Positions 11,521-21,028 are shown, counted from the stretch's first letter. The stretch: DNA of 64,000 bases from Alcaligenaceae bacterium (GCA_029263795.1 JAJUFI010000002.1:454-64453); one strand, 5' to 3'. Made by a program: numbers and translations. The notes: generated by a model from the letters alone, not told the origin.

Positions 11521-12195
11521 TTATTGCCCGTAGTTTGCCAGCCCTTCGATCTCCAGCACCCTGACGGCACCGTATTCCACGCTCACCAGCCTGGCCGCCT
11601 CCAGTGCCCGCAAAGCCTGGTTGGCGCGCTGCCGCGAAATACGTGCCAGATAGCCGATTTCCTCCTGTGTGATGTCCAGGCGCAAGGCCTGTCCGGTATT
11701 CATCAATGGGTTGATCAGTTCCAGGAGGCAGCGCGCAACGCGCGCTTCCGGGTCGAGCAGGCGGTCGGATTCAGCCTTCCCCACGAACTGGCCCACCCTT
11801 TCATTCAATTGATGTAGTAGATAGCGGTTGAATGGAATGCTGCGGTCCAGTAGCCAGTTGAACGTAGCTTCCGGCATACGCAATATGGTGCAGGCGCGCA
11901 GGGCCACCACATCGTATTTGCGCTTTTCACGCTTCAGCAGCGAACCTTCGCCAAACCAGCCGCCGGCCGGTACGCCCATGAGTGAGGCCAGTTTGCCGTC
12001 GGAGTTACCCACCGAGACCTTGACCAGGCCGCTGCGTACACCCAGCCACGCCGTTGCGGGCTCGCCTTTTCTTTCTATGAGCGCCCCGGCGGGGTAGTCC
12101 GTACTGGAAATGTCTTTCAGCACACGTTCGCGCTCATCCGGCGCGAGAACGGGAAACCATGCCGTTGCATGCTGAAGTGATTCCTGCAGGCTCAT
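11521..12195 (-). CDS. Crp/Fnr-family transcriptional regulator
   Basis: 224 aa; N-terminal cNMP-binding-like beta-roll (GWFGEGSLL), C-terminal HTH (ITQEEIGYLARISRQRANQALRALE); no N-terminal Cys cluster. Confidence 0.8.
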   Translation of the reverse strand: MSLQESLQHATAWFPVLAPDERERVLKDISSTDYPAGALIERKGEPATAWLGVRSGLVKVSVGNSDGKLASLMGVPAGGWFGEGSLLKREKRKYDVVALRACTILRMPEATFNWLLDRSIPFNRYLLHQLNERVGQFVGKAESDRLLDPEARVARCLLELINPLMNTGQALRLDITQEEIGYLARISRQRANQALRALEAARLVSVEYGAVRVLEIEGLANYGQ

Positions 12196-12223
12196 GAGGA
12201 TTTACCCCTAAGGCCGCTTTGAA

Positions 12224-12239
12224 TGTCGCAGCCGCGACA
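12224..12239. promoter_or_regulatory. candidate Crp-family operator TGTCG-N6-CGACA in divergent promoter region
   Basis: Perfect 5-6-5 inverted repeat TGTCGCAGCCGCGACA, 29 nt upstream of the regulator ATG; TACTTT (12261-12266) lies where a class II -10 would be for the rightward operon. Confidence 0.4.
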
Positions 12240-12357
12240 GTTATGGAGCATGTGAGACGATACTTTATTCATCATTATGCATGTCTGCTTGTAGCATCCC
12301 AAAATAAATACAGAGCCCACAAACAACGGGCCAGGCTTACCAAGCCAAGGAGACAAG

Positions 12358-14331
12358 GTGGTACATACAGCATCGACCCCCTCGTCGGGTTGGCCGGCGA
12401 CTTTCCCGGCATGGGTGGAACATCACGCCCGGCAGCGCGGGCAACGCCCCGCAATGCGAGAAAAAGATCTCGGCATCTGGCAGACCATCACCTGGAAGGA
12501 GGTGGCAGAACAGGCGGAGGAACTGGCCAACGGCCTGGCGGCCCTGGGTGTTCGCAAGGGCGAGCACGTGGCCATAGTGGGCGAGAACCGGCCCCGACTG
12601 TATCTGGCCATGATAGCAAGCCAATACCTTGGCGCGATACCTGTTCCTCTCTATCAGGATGCCATTGCTGCCGAAATGCTCTACGTCTTGCAGGACGCAG
12701 AGGTGCGCGTGGCCGTGGTCGAGGACCAGGAGCAGGTCGACAAAATGCTTGAGGCCCGCGATTCATGCCCGGCCCTGCAAACCATTGTTTATGACGACCC
12801 GCGCGGCTTGCGCAACTATGCGGACGAAAGTCTGCTGAGCTTCGAAAGTTTGGCCGGGATGGGGAAGAAATTCAAGGCGGAAAACCCGGGTCATGTGGCG
12901 CAGGCCAAAGCTGAGGTCCGGCCGGACGAACCTGCAGCCATGTTCTACACATCCGGCACCACGGGCAAACCCAAGGGGGTAGTGCTCACCCACCATGCCC
13001 TCATAGACCGCGCACTCGTCATCCAGGATCTCGAACAGCTGACCGATCGTGAGGACGTCCTGGCGTATTTGCCGCCGGCCTGGATAGGCCAGAACATGTT
13101 TTCCTACACGCAATTTCTGGTGACAGGGTTCACGGTGAATCACCCAGAATCACCGGAGACCGTGTCCATAGACATGCATGATATCGGGCCCACGTATTAC
13201 TTTGCGCCGCCGCGGGTGCTGGAAGGCCTGCTCACGCAGGTGATGATCCGCATGGAAGATGCCAGTGCACTCAAACGCAAGCTGTTCCACGCCTGCATGG
13301 GTCTGGCCAGAAGGGTGGGTACCCGAATTCTTGATAAAGACCCCACGGTCGGTGCCTGGGACCGCTTCAAATACGCCGTGGGCGACCTCCTCATTTATGG
13401 GCCGCTGCGCAACGCCCTTGGCATGAGCCGGGTGCGCGTGGCTTATACCGCGGGCGAGGCCATTGGCCCCGACCTCTTCGAGTTCTACCGATCCATCGGC
13501 ATCAACCTCAAGCAGCTTTACGGCTCGACTGAAACCTCCGTGTTCGTGTGTGTCCAGTCCGATGGCCAGGTGCGGGCCGATACGGTTGGCCCGCCTGTGG
13601 CGGGTGTGGAAATTCGGGTGGCGGAGAATGGCGAAATCCAGGTGAAAAGCCCCGGCCTGTTCAAGGAGTACTACAAGAATCCGGAGGCCACAGCGGAATC
13701 CTTCACACCCGACGGCTGGTATCACACCGGCGATGCAGGTTATCTGGATACCGATGGCCAGTTGAAGATCATCGACCGTGCCAAGGATGTCGGCAAATTG
13801 GCGGATGGCAGCCTGTTTGCGCCCAAGTACATCGAGAACAAGCTCAAGTTCTTCCCTTTCATTAAGGAAGCCGTGGCCTTCGGCAATGGTCGCGACGAAG
13901 TCTGTGCCTTCATCAACATTGATCTCGAGGCCGTCGGTAATTGGGCCGAACGGCGCGGGCTGCCTTACGCGGGTTACACAGACCTCGCCGGCAAGCAGGA
14001 AGTGCTGGAGCTGATCCGCGACTGTGTGGAAAAGGTCAACGCCGACTTGGCGCAAGACCCAAAACTTTGTGCTTGCCAGGTCGCCCGCTTCCTTGTCCTG
14101 CACAAGGAGCTCGACCCGGACGACGACGAGCTCACCCGTACACGCAAGGTCAGGCGCGGCTTCATTGCGCAGAAGTACGGTGTGTTGGTCGATGCCCTGT
14201 ACGCAGGGCGGGAACATCAATTCATCGAGACGGAGGTCAAGTTCGAGGATGGCCGTATCGGCAAGATTTCAGCCGATCTTCGCATCCTGCCCGCCAAGGT
14301 CTTTCCCGGTGACATGAAGAAGGTGGCCTGA
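12358..14331 (+). CDS. AMP-dependent acyl-CoA synthetase/ligase (~650-aa long-chain-fatty-acid--CoA ligase-like type)
   Basis: 657 aa, GTG start after AAGGAGA; AMP-binding motifs FYTSGTTGKPKGVVLTH, YGSTE, TGDAGYLDTDGQLKIIDRAKD. Confidence 0.85.
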   Translation: MVHTASTPSSGWPATFPAWVEHHARQRGQRPAMREKDLGIWQTITWKEVAEQAEELANGLAALGVRKGEHVAIVGENRPRLYLAMIASQYLGAIPVPLYQDAIAAEMLYVLQDAEVRVAVVEDQEQVDKMLEARDSCPALQTIVYDDPRGLRNYADESLLSFESLAGMGKKFKAENPGHVAQAKAEVRPDEPAAMFYTSGTTGKPKGVVLTHHALIDRALVIQDLEQLTDREDVLAYLPPAWIGQNMFSYTQFLVTGFTVNHPESPETVSIDMHDIGPTYYFAPPRVLEGLLTQVMIRMEDASALKRKLFHACMGLARRVGTRILDKDPTVGAWDRFKYAVGDLLIYGPLRNALGMSRVRVAYTAGEAIGPDLFEFYRSIGINLKQLYGSTETSVFVCVQSDGQVRADTVGPPVAGVEIRVAENGEIQVKSPGLFKEYYKNPEATAESFTPDGWYHTGDAGYLDTDGQLKIIDRAKDVGKLADGSLFAPKYIENKLKFFPFIKEAVAFGNGRDEVCAFINIDLEAVGNWAERRGLPYAGYTDLAGKQEVLELIRDCVEKVNADLAQDPKLCACQVARFLVLHKELDPDDDELTRTRKVRRGFIAQKYGVLVDALYAGREHQFIETEVKFEDGRIGKISADLRILPAKVFPGDMKKVA

Positions 14332-14334
14332 GTC

Positions 14335-15129
14335 ATGATGTCTAATCGTGAACAGAGAATCGGGGATGTGATCCTCGACCTGAGCAATATTTCGCTCGCT
14401 TTCGGCGGGGTCAAGGCCCTGACCAGTATCTCGTTCGACGTCCGCGAACACGAGATCCGCGCCATCATTGGGCCCAACGGCGCCGGCAAGAGCTCGATGC
14501 TGAATGTGATCAACGGTGTTTATACGCCGCAGGAGGGCTCGATCACGCTGGACGGCACCCGCTTTTCCCGCATGAACCCGCGTCGCGCCGCCGAAATGGG
14601 CGTGGCGCGCACCTTCCAGAATCTGGCGCTGTTCAAGGGTATGAGCGTTCTGGACAACATCATGACGGGCCGCAACCTGCGTATGAAGAGTGGTGTGCTG
14701 GCCCAGGCCTTCCGCCTGGGGTCGGCAGAAAGGGAAGAAATCCGGCATCGCGAATTCGTTGAGAACATCATCGACTTTCTTGAAATTCAGGCCTATCGCA
14801 AGGTGCCGGTCGGCCGGCTGCCTTATGGGCTGCAGAAGCGGGTTGACCTGGGCAGAGCGCTGGCCATGGAGCCGCGCATCCTGTTGCTGGATGAACCCAT
14901 GGCCGGCATGAACATCGAGGAGAAGCAGGACATGAGCCGCTTCATTCTCGACGTGAACGACGAATACGGAACCACCATCGTGCTGATCGAGCACGACATG
15001 GGGGTGGTCATGGACATCTCCGACCGCGTAGTGGTGCTCGATTACGGCAAGAAGATCGGTGACGGCACTCCTGACGAGGTCCGCAACAACCCCGAAGTGA
15101 TTCGCGCCTATCTTGGCGCCGGCGAGTGA
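14335..15129 (+). CDS. ABC transporter ATP-binding protein (LivG-like, HAAT family)
   Basis: Walker A GPNGAGKSS, signature LPYGLQKRVDLGRAL, Walker B ILLLDEPMAGM. Confidence 0.9.
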   Translation: MMSNREQRIGDVILDLSNISLAFGGVKALTSISFDVREHEIRAIIGPNGAGKSSMLNVINGVYTPQEGSITLDGTRFSRMNPRRAAEMGVARTFQNLALFKGMSVLDNIMTGRNLRMKSGVLAQAFRLGSAEREEIRHREFVENIIDFLEIQAYRKVPVGRLPYGLQKRVDLGRALAMEPRILLLDEPMAGMNIEEKQDMSRFILDVNDEYGTTIVLIEHDMGVVMDISDRVVVLDYGKKIGDGTPDEVRNNPEVIRAYLGAGE

Positions 15130-15140
15130 GGGCAGCAGAC

Positions 15141-16070
15141 ATGGGCTTTTTTCTGGAAACGGTATTTGGCGGCCTGATGTCCGGCATGTTGTACGCCCTG
15201 GTCGCCTTGGGTTTCGTGTTGATCTTCAAGGCCTCGGGCGTATTCAACTTTGCGCAGGGGGCCATGGTGCTGGTCGCGGCGCTGGCCATGGCGCGCTTCT
15301 CGGAATGGATTCCGCAATGGCTGGGCCTGGAAAGCAAGCTGCTGGCCAATGCGCTGGCCTTCATCGTTTGCGCAGCCTTCATGTGGCTAATTGCAGTTCT
15401 CATCGAACGCTTCGTGCTGCGCTACCTGGTTAACCAGGAAGGCACCACCCTGCTCATGGCGACCATAGGCATTGCCTACTTTCTCGATGGCATGGGGCAG
15501 AGCCTGTTTGGCAGCAGCGTCTATTCCATTGATGTCGGCATGCCCAAAGACCCGGCCTTCCTGTTTGAAGAGACTTTTGAAGGGGGCGTCCTGGTCAATA
15601 TGGAAGATCTGACTGCGGCGGTGGTCGCGGCCGTGCTGGTTGCCGCCCTGGCCTTCTTCTTCCAGTACACCGCGGTGGGTCGGGCCCTGCGCGCCGTGGC
15701 TGACGATCACCAGGCTGCGCAGTCCATTGGCATTCCACTGAACCGCATCTGGGTGGTGGTATGGACGGTGGCCGGCCTGGTTGCGCTGGTGGCCGGCATT
15801 GTCTGGGGCTCCAAGTACGGTGTGCAGTTCACGCTCTCCACCGCTGCGCTGCGCGCCCTGCCGGTGGTGATTCTTGGGGGGCTGACTTCTGTGCCGGGGG
15901 CCATCATTGGTGGCCTCATCATCGGCGTGGGCGAAAAACTGTCGGAAGTGTATCTGGGCCCCTTTGTCGGCGGTGGCATAGAAATCTGGTTTGCCTACGT
16001 GCTGGCGCTGGTCTTTCTGCTGTTCCGTCCTCAGGGCCTGTTTGGTGAAAAGATCATTGATCGGGTATGA
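15141..16070 (+). CDS. branched-chain-amino-acid-type ABC permease (LivH-like)
   Basis: Polytopic membrane protein; start set at ATG 15141 (MGFFLETVFGG...), GTG 15126 also possible. Confidence 0.85.
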   Translation: MGFFLETVFGGLMSGMLYALVALGFVLIFKASGVFNFAQGAMVLVAALAMARFSEWIPQWLGLESKLLANALAFIVCAAFMWLIAVLIERFVLRYLVNQEGTTLLMATIGIAYFLDGMGQSLFGSSVYSIDVGMPKDPAFLFEETFEGGVLVNMEDLTAAVVAAVLVAALAFFFQYTAVGRALRAVADDHQAAQSIGIPLNRIWVVVWTVAGLVALVAGIVWGSKYGVQFTLSTAALRALPVVILGGLTSVPGAIIGGLIIGVGEKLSEVYLGPFVGGGIEIWFAYVLALVFLLFRPQGLFGEKIIDRV

Positions 16071-16098
16071 CAAGAACAACGCTGGGTAGGTAGATACT

Positions 16099-17163
16099 AT
16101 GTATTATCGTGAGAACGGTCAGTTCAAGAGTTCGTACCGGGCGGATCAGCAGATCTTTCCCATCCGCCAGGACCGCATCTTCATCCTGGCATTGGTGGCG
16201 GTGGCCTTTCTGGTCATTCCTTTCGTGGCCTCGAACTATTTTCTGCAGGCTATCCTGATTCCATTCCTCATTCTTTCGCTGGCGGCCATCGGTCTGAATA
16301 TTCTGGTGGGTTACTGCGGGCAGATTTCTATTGGTTCTGGTGCCTTCATGGCCGTGGGCGCCTATGCGGCGTGGAACTTCGGGGTGCGCATTCCAGAAAT
16401 GCCACTGGTGTTTCAAATACTGCTGGGCGGTTTTTTCGCCACGCTGGTAGGCGTGGTGTTCGGCATCCCCAGCTTGCGCATCCGTGGCCTTTATCTCGCC
16501 GTGACCACCCTGGCCGCGCAGTTCTTCATTGATTGGGCATTCCTGCGCATTCCGTACTTCACCAATTACTCGTCGTCAGGAAACGTCTCGGTACCGGCCC
16601 TGGACTTCTTCGGGCTGCCAGTACAGACACCGGCCCAACGTTATGTGTTTGTGCTGTGTTTTGTGGTCGTCTTTGCACTGCTGGCCAAGAACCTGGTGCG
16701 CGGCGCCATCGGTCGCCAGTGGATGGCCATACGCGACATGGACGTGGCTGCAGAAGTGATAGGCATCCGTCCGGTCTACGCCAAGCTAACCGCTTTTGCA
16801 GTCAGCTCCTTCATGATCGGTGTGGCCGGCGCACTGTGGGCCTACATCCACCTTGGCTCCTGGGAGCCGCTCGCCTTCGACCTCAACCGTTCCCTGCAGC
16901 TGCTATTCATTGTCATCATCGGCGGGCTGGGTTCCATTGTCGGAAGCTTCTTCGGTGCGGCCTTCATGGTTCTGTTGCCGGTGTTGCTGACCAACATCCC
17001 GCACATGCTGGGCCTTTCGCTTGGTGTGGACACGGCCTCGCACATTGAACACATGGTGTTCGGCGCGCTCATTGTGTACTTCCTCATCGTCGAGCCGCAT
17101 GGCCTGGCGCGCCTGTGGAGCATAGGCAAGGAAAAGATGCGGATCTGGCCCTTCCCGCACTAG
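16099..17163 (+). CDS. branched-chain-amino-acid-type ABC permease (LivM-like)
   Basis: 354 aa polytopic; motif GYCGQISIGSGAFMAVGAY typical of LivM permeases. Confidence 0.85.
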   Translation: MYYRENGQFKSSYRADQQIFPIRQDRIFILALVAVAFLVIPFVASNYFLQAILIPFLILSLAAIGLNILVGYCGQISIGSGAFMAVGAYAAWNFGVRIPEMPLVFQILLGGFFATLVGVVFGIPSLRIRGLYLAVTTLAAQFFIDWAFLRIPYFTNYSSSGNVSVPALDFFGLPVQTPAQRYVFVLCFVVVFALLAKNLVRGAIGRQWMAIRDMDVAAEVIGIRPVYAKLTAFAVSSFMIGVAGALWAYIHLGSWEPLAFDLNRSLQLLFIVIIGGLGSIVGSFFGAAFMVLLPVLLTNIPHMLGLSLGVDTASHIEHMVFGALIVYFLIVEPHGLARLWSIGKEKMRIWPFPH

Positions 17164-17264
17164 TGCTGTTGTACGGGCCCGGGCCAAAAGATTGGCAAAC
17201 GCAGCGCCGGCCATCCGGTCGGCGCGCCATACAAACGGTGCATAGACACCAGGAGGACTAGGAG

Positions 17265-18599
17265 ATGAAGCGTACATTCAAACTGGCAGCGACGCTGGCG
17301 GCAGGCGTCACGGTCGCCATGGCCGGCGCCTCAGGCGCAGCGTATGCGGCCGAAGAGCAGTTCATTCCGCTGCTGACCTACCGCACGGGCTCGTTCGCAC
17401 CGCTGGGCATTCCCTGGGCGGACGGCAAGCAGGATTACCTCAAGCTGGTCAACGAACGCGACGGCGGCGTCAATGGCGTGAAGATTGTCTACGAGGAATG
17501 CGAAACCGCCTACGCCACCGACCGCGGCGTGGAGTGCTATGAGCGCCTCAAAGCAACGCGTGGCGGGGCCTCCGGCTTCGACACCCAGTCCACCGGCATC
17601 ACCTTCGCCCTTTCCGATCGAGCCATTGTCGACGGCATTTCCATTGAAACCGTGGGCTACGGGCTTTCGCAATCTGCCAACGGCGCCGTGTTCAAGTGGA
17701 ACTTCCCCCTGCTGGGCAATTACTGGACGGCCGCCGACGTCATGATCCAGGACATCGCCAAGCAGTTGGGCGGCGAGGACAAGCTCAAGGGCAAGAAGAT
17801 CGCCCTTGTCTATCACGACTCGCCCTACGGCAAGGAGCCCATTCCGCTGCTGCAATCGCGTTCCAAGGCGAATGGCTTTGAACTCCAGCTGTATCCGGTC
17901 ACAGCGCCTGGGGTCGAGCAGAAGTCCACCTGGCTGCAGATTCGACAGCGTCGCCCGGACTACATCCTGCTCTGGAGTGCCGGCATCATGACGCCGACGG
18001 CCATCCGCGAGGCACAGGCTGTTGGCTACCCGCGTGAAAAAATCTACGGCATCTGGTGGGCGGCTTCTGAAACTGACGTTCAGGACCTCGGCGCCATTGC
18101 CAAGGGCTACAAGGGCATCACCATTCACAACAGCGCAGACAAAGGCCGTGTGCATGAAGACCTGAAGAAGTACGTCTATGACAAGGGTCAGGGCACCAGC
18201 CCCAATGGCGCCACGGTGGGTTCCATTGCCCATACGCGCGGGATGATCATCTCCATGCTGCAGGTGGAGGCCATCCGCACGGCCCAGGAGAAGTTCGGCA
18301 AGGGTAAGCACATGACGCCTGAACAGGTGCGCTGGGGTTTCGAGAACCTCAACCTGACTCAGGAACGTCTGCAGGAACTCGGCTTTGCCGAGATTCTGCG
18401 CCCGGTGCGTACCTCCTGCCAGGACCACATGGGTGACGACTGGGCCCGCATCATCCAGTGGGATGGTTCCAAGTTCGAGATTGTCTCCGACTGGTATCAG
18501 TCCAATCGCGAGTTTGTCGACCCGCTCGTGAAGGAATACGGCGAACGCTACGCCGCCGAGAAGAAGATCGAACCGCGTGACTGCTCCAAAGAGAGCTGA
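17265..18599 (+). CDS. ABC transporter periplasmic substrate-binding protein (Leu/Ile/Val-binding-protein fold family)
   Basis: 444 aa; signal peptide MKRTFKLAATLAAGVTVAMAGASGAAYA; RBS GGAGGACTAGGAG upstream; position inside HAAT operon. Confidence 0.8.
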   Translation: MKRTFKLAATLAAGVTVAMAGASGAAYAAEEQFIPLLTYRTGSFAPLGIPWADGKQDYLKLVNERDGGVNGVKIVYEECETAYATDRGVECYERLKATRGGASGFDTQSTGITFALSDRAIVDGISIETVGYGLSQSANGAVFKWNFPLLGNYWTAADVMIQDIAKQLGGEDKLKGKKIALVYHDSPYGKEPIPLLQSRSKANGFELQLYPVTAPGVEQKSTWLQIRQRRPDYILLWSAGIMTPTAIREAQAVGYPREKIYGIWWAASETDVQDLGAIAKGYKGITIHNSADKGRVHEDLKKYVYDKGQGTSPNGATVGSIAHTRGMIISMLQVEAIRTAQEKFGKGKHMTPEQVRWGFENLNLTQERLQELGFAEILRPVRTSCQDHMGDDWARIIQWDGSKFEIVSDWYQSNREFVDPLVKEYGERYAAEKKIEPRDCSKES

Positions 18600-18648
18600 T
18601 CGGCTGGCCGGGCCTTCCGGGGCCCGGCCCATCCAGGCAGGTGAAACA

Positions 18649-19482
18649 ATGAATACCAATGTCGAGACGCGCCAGGACGCCAACATATTGTTGAACGTCA
18701 ACGGCATCGAGGTTATCTACAACCATGTGATCCTCGTGCTGAAAGGGGTATCGCTCAGTGTGCCCGAAGGTCACATCGTCGCCCTGCTGGGGGCCAACGG
18801 CGCGGGCAAGACCACTACGCTGAGGGCGGTTTCCAATCTGCTCAAGGCGGAACGCGGCGACGTCACCAAAGGGTCCATCGACTACCGGGGCGAACGCATT
18901 GACCGTCTCACGCCGGCAGACCTCGTCAAGCGTGGGGTGGTGCAGGTCATGGAAGGAAGGCATTGCTTTGCCCACCTTACAGTCGAAGAGAACCTGCTCA
19001 CTGGGGCCTACACCCGCAAGCTGGGGCGCGGCGAGATGAATGCCGCATTGGACCGGGTCTACCAGTATTTCCCGCGGCTCAAGCAGAGGCGCAACAGCCA
19101 GGCCGGCTACACCTCGGGCGGTGAACAACAGATGACCGCAATCGGGCGGGCACTGATGGCCAACCCCAACATGATTCTGCTGGATGAGCCCTCGATGGGG
19201 CTGGCTCCCCAGATTGTCGAAGAAATCTTCGAAATCGTACGCGACCTCAACCAGCGCGAACGGGTCAGCTTCCTGCTAGCGGAACAGAACACCAATATTG
19301 CGCTGCGCTACGCAGACTATGGCTACATCCTTGAAAACGGTCGCGTCATGATGGACGGCCAGGCCTCCGAGCTGGCCGAGAACGAGGACGTCAAGGAGTT
19401 CTATCTGGGTGTGTCCAGCGGTGAACGCAAGAGTTTCCGGGACACCAAGTTCTACAGGCGGCGCAAGCGCTGGCTGGCATAG
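18649..19482 (+). CDS. ABC transporter ATP-binding protein (LivF-like)
   Basis: Start ATG 18649 (MNTNVETRQ...), because the longer ORF from 18577 overlaps the SBP gene and a hairpin; Walker A GANGAGKTTTL, signature YTSGGEQQMTAIGRAL, Walker B MILLDEPSMGLAP. Confidence 0.85.
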   Translation: MNTNVETRQDANILLNVNGIEVIYNHVILVLKGVSLSVPEGHIVALLGANGAGKTTTLRAVSNLLKAERGDVTKGSIDYRGERIDRLTPADLVKRGVVQVMEGRHCFAHLTVEENLLTGAYTRKLGRGEMNAALDRVYQYFPRLKQRRNSQAGYTSGGEQQMTAIGRALMANPNMILLDEPSMGLAPQIVEEIFEIVRDLNQRERVSFLLAEQNTNIALRYADYGYILENGRVMMDGQASELAENEDVKEFYLGVSSGERKSFRDTKFYRRRKRWLA

Positions 19483-19492
19483 AGATCACACC

Positions 19493-20764
19493 ATGACAAC
19501 ATACTACGAGGAACGCGAAGCGGCCGGCGTCGCGGAGCGCGAGGCAGAGCTGTTTTCCCGGCTTCCTGATGCTTTGCGAAGGGCCCGGCAAATGGCGCCG
19601 GCCATAGCTCGTCAGCTGGAGGGTGTGGAACCGGATTCCATACGCGATCGCGACGCCCTGGTGACCATACCGGTGGTGCGCAAGAGCGAACTGCTGCAAG
19701 CCCAGATGGATAGCCGAAAGGCTCGATGCGCCGGCATGTCGGTGCAGGAAAGCGTGTTCGGCGGGTTTTCCAGCATAGGTTGGGGCGAGGCAGCCCGCGT
19801 CTTTGCGTCACCGGGCCCCATCTATGAGCCGGAGAGCCGGCGCAAGGATTACTGGGGCTTTGCGCGCGCTCTGCATGCTGCAGGGTTCCGCCGCGGCGAG
19901 CTCGTCCACAACTGTTTTTCCTACCATTTCACCCCTGCCGGTTCCATGATGGAAACGGCAGCCCACGCGCTGGGTTGCACGGTATTCCCAGGAGGTGTCG
20001 GCCAGACGGAACAACAGCTGCAGGCCATGGTGGACCTGCAACCGGATGGCTACACCGGCACACCGAGTTTTCTCCGCATCATTCTGGAAAAGGCGGCGGA
20101 GCAGGGGCTGGCACTGCCCAGTCTGAAGCGAGCCATGTTTTCGGGTGAGGCGTTTCCTCCTTCCCTGCGGGAATGGTTTGCGGAACGTGGCATTGAAGGC
20201 TACCAGTCCTATGGTACGGCTGACCTGGGCATGATTGCTTACGAAACACCCGCCCGCGAGGGCATGGTGGTGAACGAAGACATTCTGCTGGAGATCGTGC
20301 GCCCGGGTACGTCACAGCCAGTGCCCGTTGGAGAAGTCGGCGAAGTCGTAGTGACAACTCTGAACCCCGATTACCCTCTGGTGCGCTTCGGCACGGGGGA
20401 CCTGTCCGCCATCTTGCCGGGTGAGTCACCATGCGGGCGACGCAATCTGCGCATCCGTGGCTGGCTGGGGCGCGCTGACCAAACCACCAAGATTCGTGGC
20501 ATGTTCGTGCATCCCGGGCAGGTTGCCCAGGTGCTGGCGCGTCACCCTGAAGTACTGCGTGGGCGTCTGGTCGTGTCCGGGTCAGTGGGGCGCGACTCCA
20601 TGACGCTGCGAGTGGAGGTGGAGCAAGCCCCGGAAGGCCTGGCAGAGCGCATGGCCGACACGGTGCGCGAAGTCACTAAGCTGCGCGCAGATATCGAGTT
20701 TCTGGCCCCGAAAACTCTGCCCAACGACGGCAAAGTGATAGACGACGTGCGCGATTACAGCTGA
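19493..20764 (+). CDS. phenylacetate-CoA-ligase-family (PaaK-like) adenylate-forming enzyme
   Basis: Start ATG 19493 (MTTYYEEREAAG...); motifs YQSYGTADLG, RFGTGDL, GRADQTTKIRGMFVHPGQV. Confidence 0.8.
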   Translation: MTTYYEEREAAGVAEREAELFSRLPDALRRARQMAPAIARQLEGVEPDSIRDRDALVTIPVVRKSELLQAQMDSRKARCAGMSVQESVFGGFSSIGWGEAARVFASPGPIYEPESRRKDYWGFARALHAAGFRRGELVHNCFSYHFTPAGSMMETAAHALGCTVFPGGVGQTEQQLQAMVDLQPDGYTGTPSFLRIILEKAAEQGLALPSLKRAMFSGEAFPPSLREWFAERGIEGYQSYGTADLGMIAYETPAREGMVVNEDILLEIVRPGTSQPVPVGEVGEVVVTTLNPDYPLVRFGTGDLSAILPGESPCGRRNLRIRGWLGRADQTTKIRGMFVHPGQVAQVLARHPEVLRGRLVVSGSVGRDSMTLRVEVEQAPEGLAERMADTVREVTKLRADIEFLAPKTLPNDGKVIDDVRDYS

Positions 20765-20792
20765 GTCGGCACCGTCCCCACGTTCGCCCATG

Positions 20793-20820
20793 CAAAAAGC
20801 GCCCTGCCATGCAGGGCGCT
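20793..20820 (-). terminator. rho-independent terminator for the leftward rhodanese-yeeE-small ORF transcript
   Basis: Stem AGCGCCCTGC/GCAGGGCGCT (20798-20820, 3-nt loop); on the minus strand it is followed by TTTTT (plus-strand AAAAA 20793-20797). Confidence 0.7.
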
Positions 20821-20852
20821 TGAGCGAACATCGTTCCGGGAAGCCCGGCTGC

Positions 20853-21017
20853 TCAGAAGGCCGAACAGTGGCCGCCAGTCGGCGCCTGGCCAGATCCCGC
20901 CGCAAACAGGGGCGGTTCCAGCCGGTGATTGACAGGCTTGGAATGCAGCCAGTCCCAGCTGAAGAACAGGGCCAGGCCGAGCCAGAACACAAGCAGGGTG
21001 AGGTTGCGTACGCGCAT
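20853..21017 (-). CDS. small membrane protein, 54 aa (hypothetical)
   Basis: Not separately listed in the ORF track (tail of an artefactual 307-aa frame). ATG 21017 preceded by GAGGA at 8-nt spacing, 11 nt after the yeeE stop; about 80% G/C at codon position 3; N-terminal TM LTLLVFWLGLALFFSWDW. Confidence 0.5.
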   Translation of the reverse strand: MRVRNLTLLVFWLGLALFFSWDWLHSKPVNHRLEPPLFAAGSGQAPTGGHCSAF

Positions 21018-21028
21018 GGTGATGATCC

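Noticed and set aside
17331-18707. Very long antisense ORFs opposite well-supported genes. Examples on the minus strand: 17331-18707 (458 aa), 27201-28697 (498 aa), 41711-42958 (415 aa), 40174-41289 (371 aa), 49654-50820 (388 aa), 13150-14220 and 31198-32226.
   Set aside because: Their translations are low-complexity and rich in Arg, Gly, Ala and His, with no recognisable motifs. The opposite strand encodes proteins with clear family signatures. Long stop-free antisense frames are expected in genomes with high GC3.
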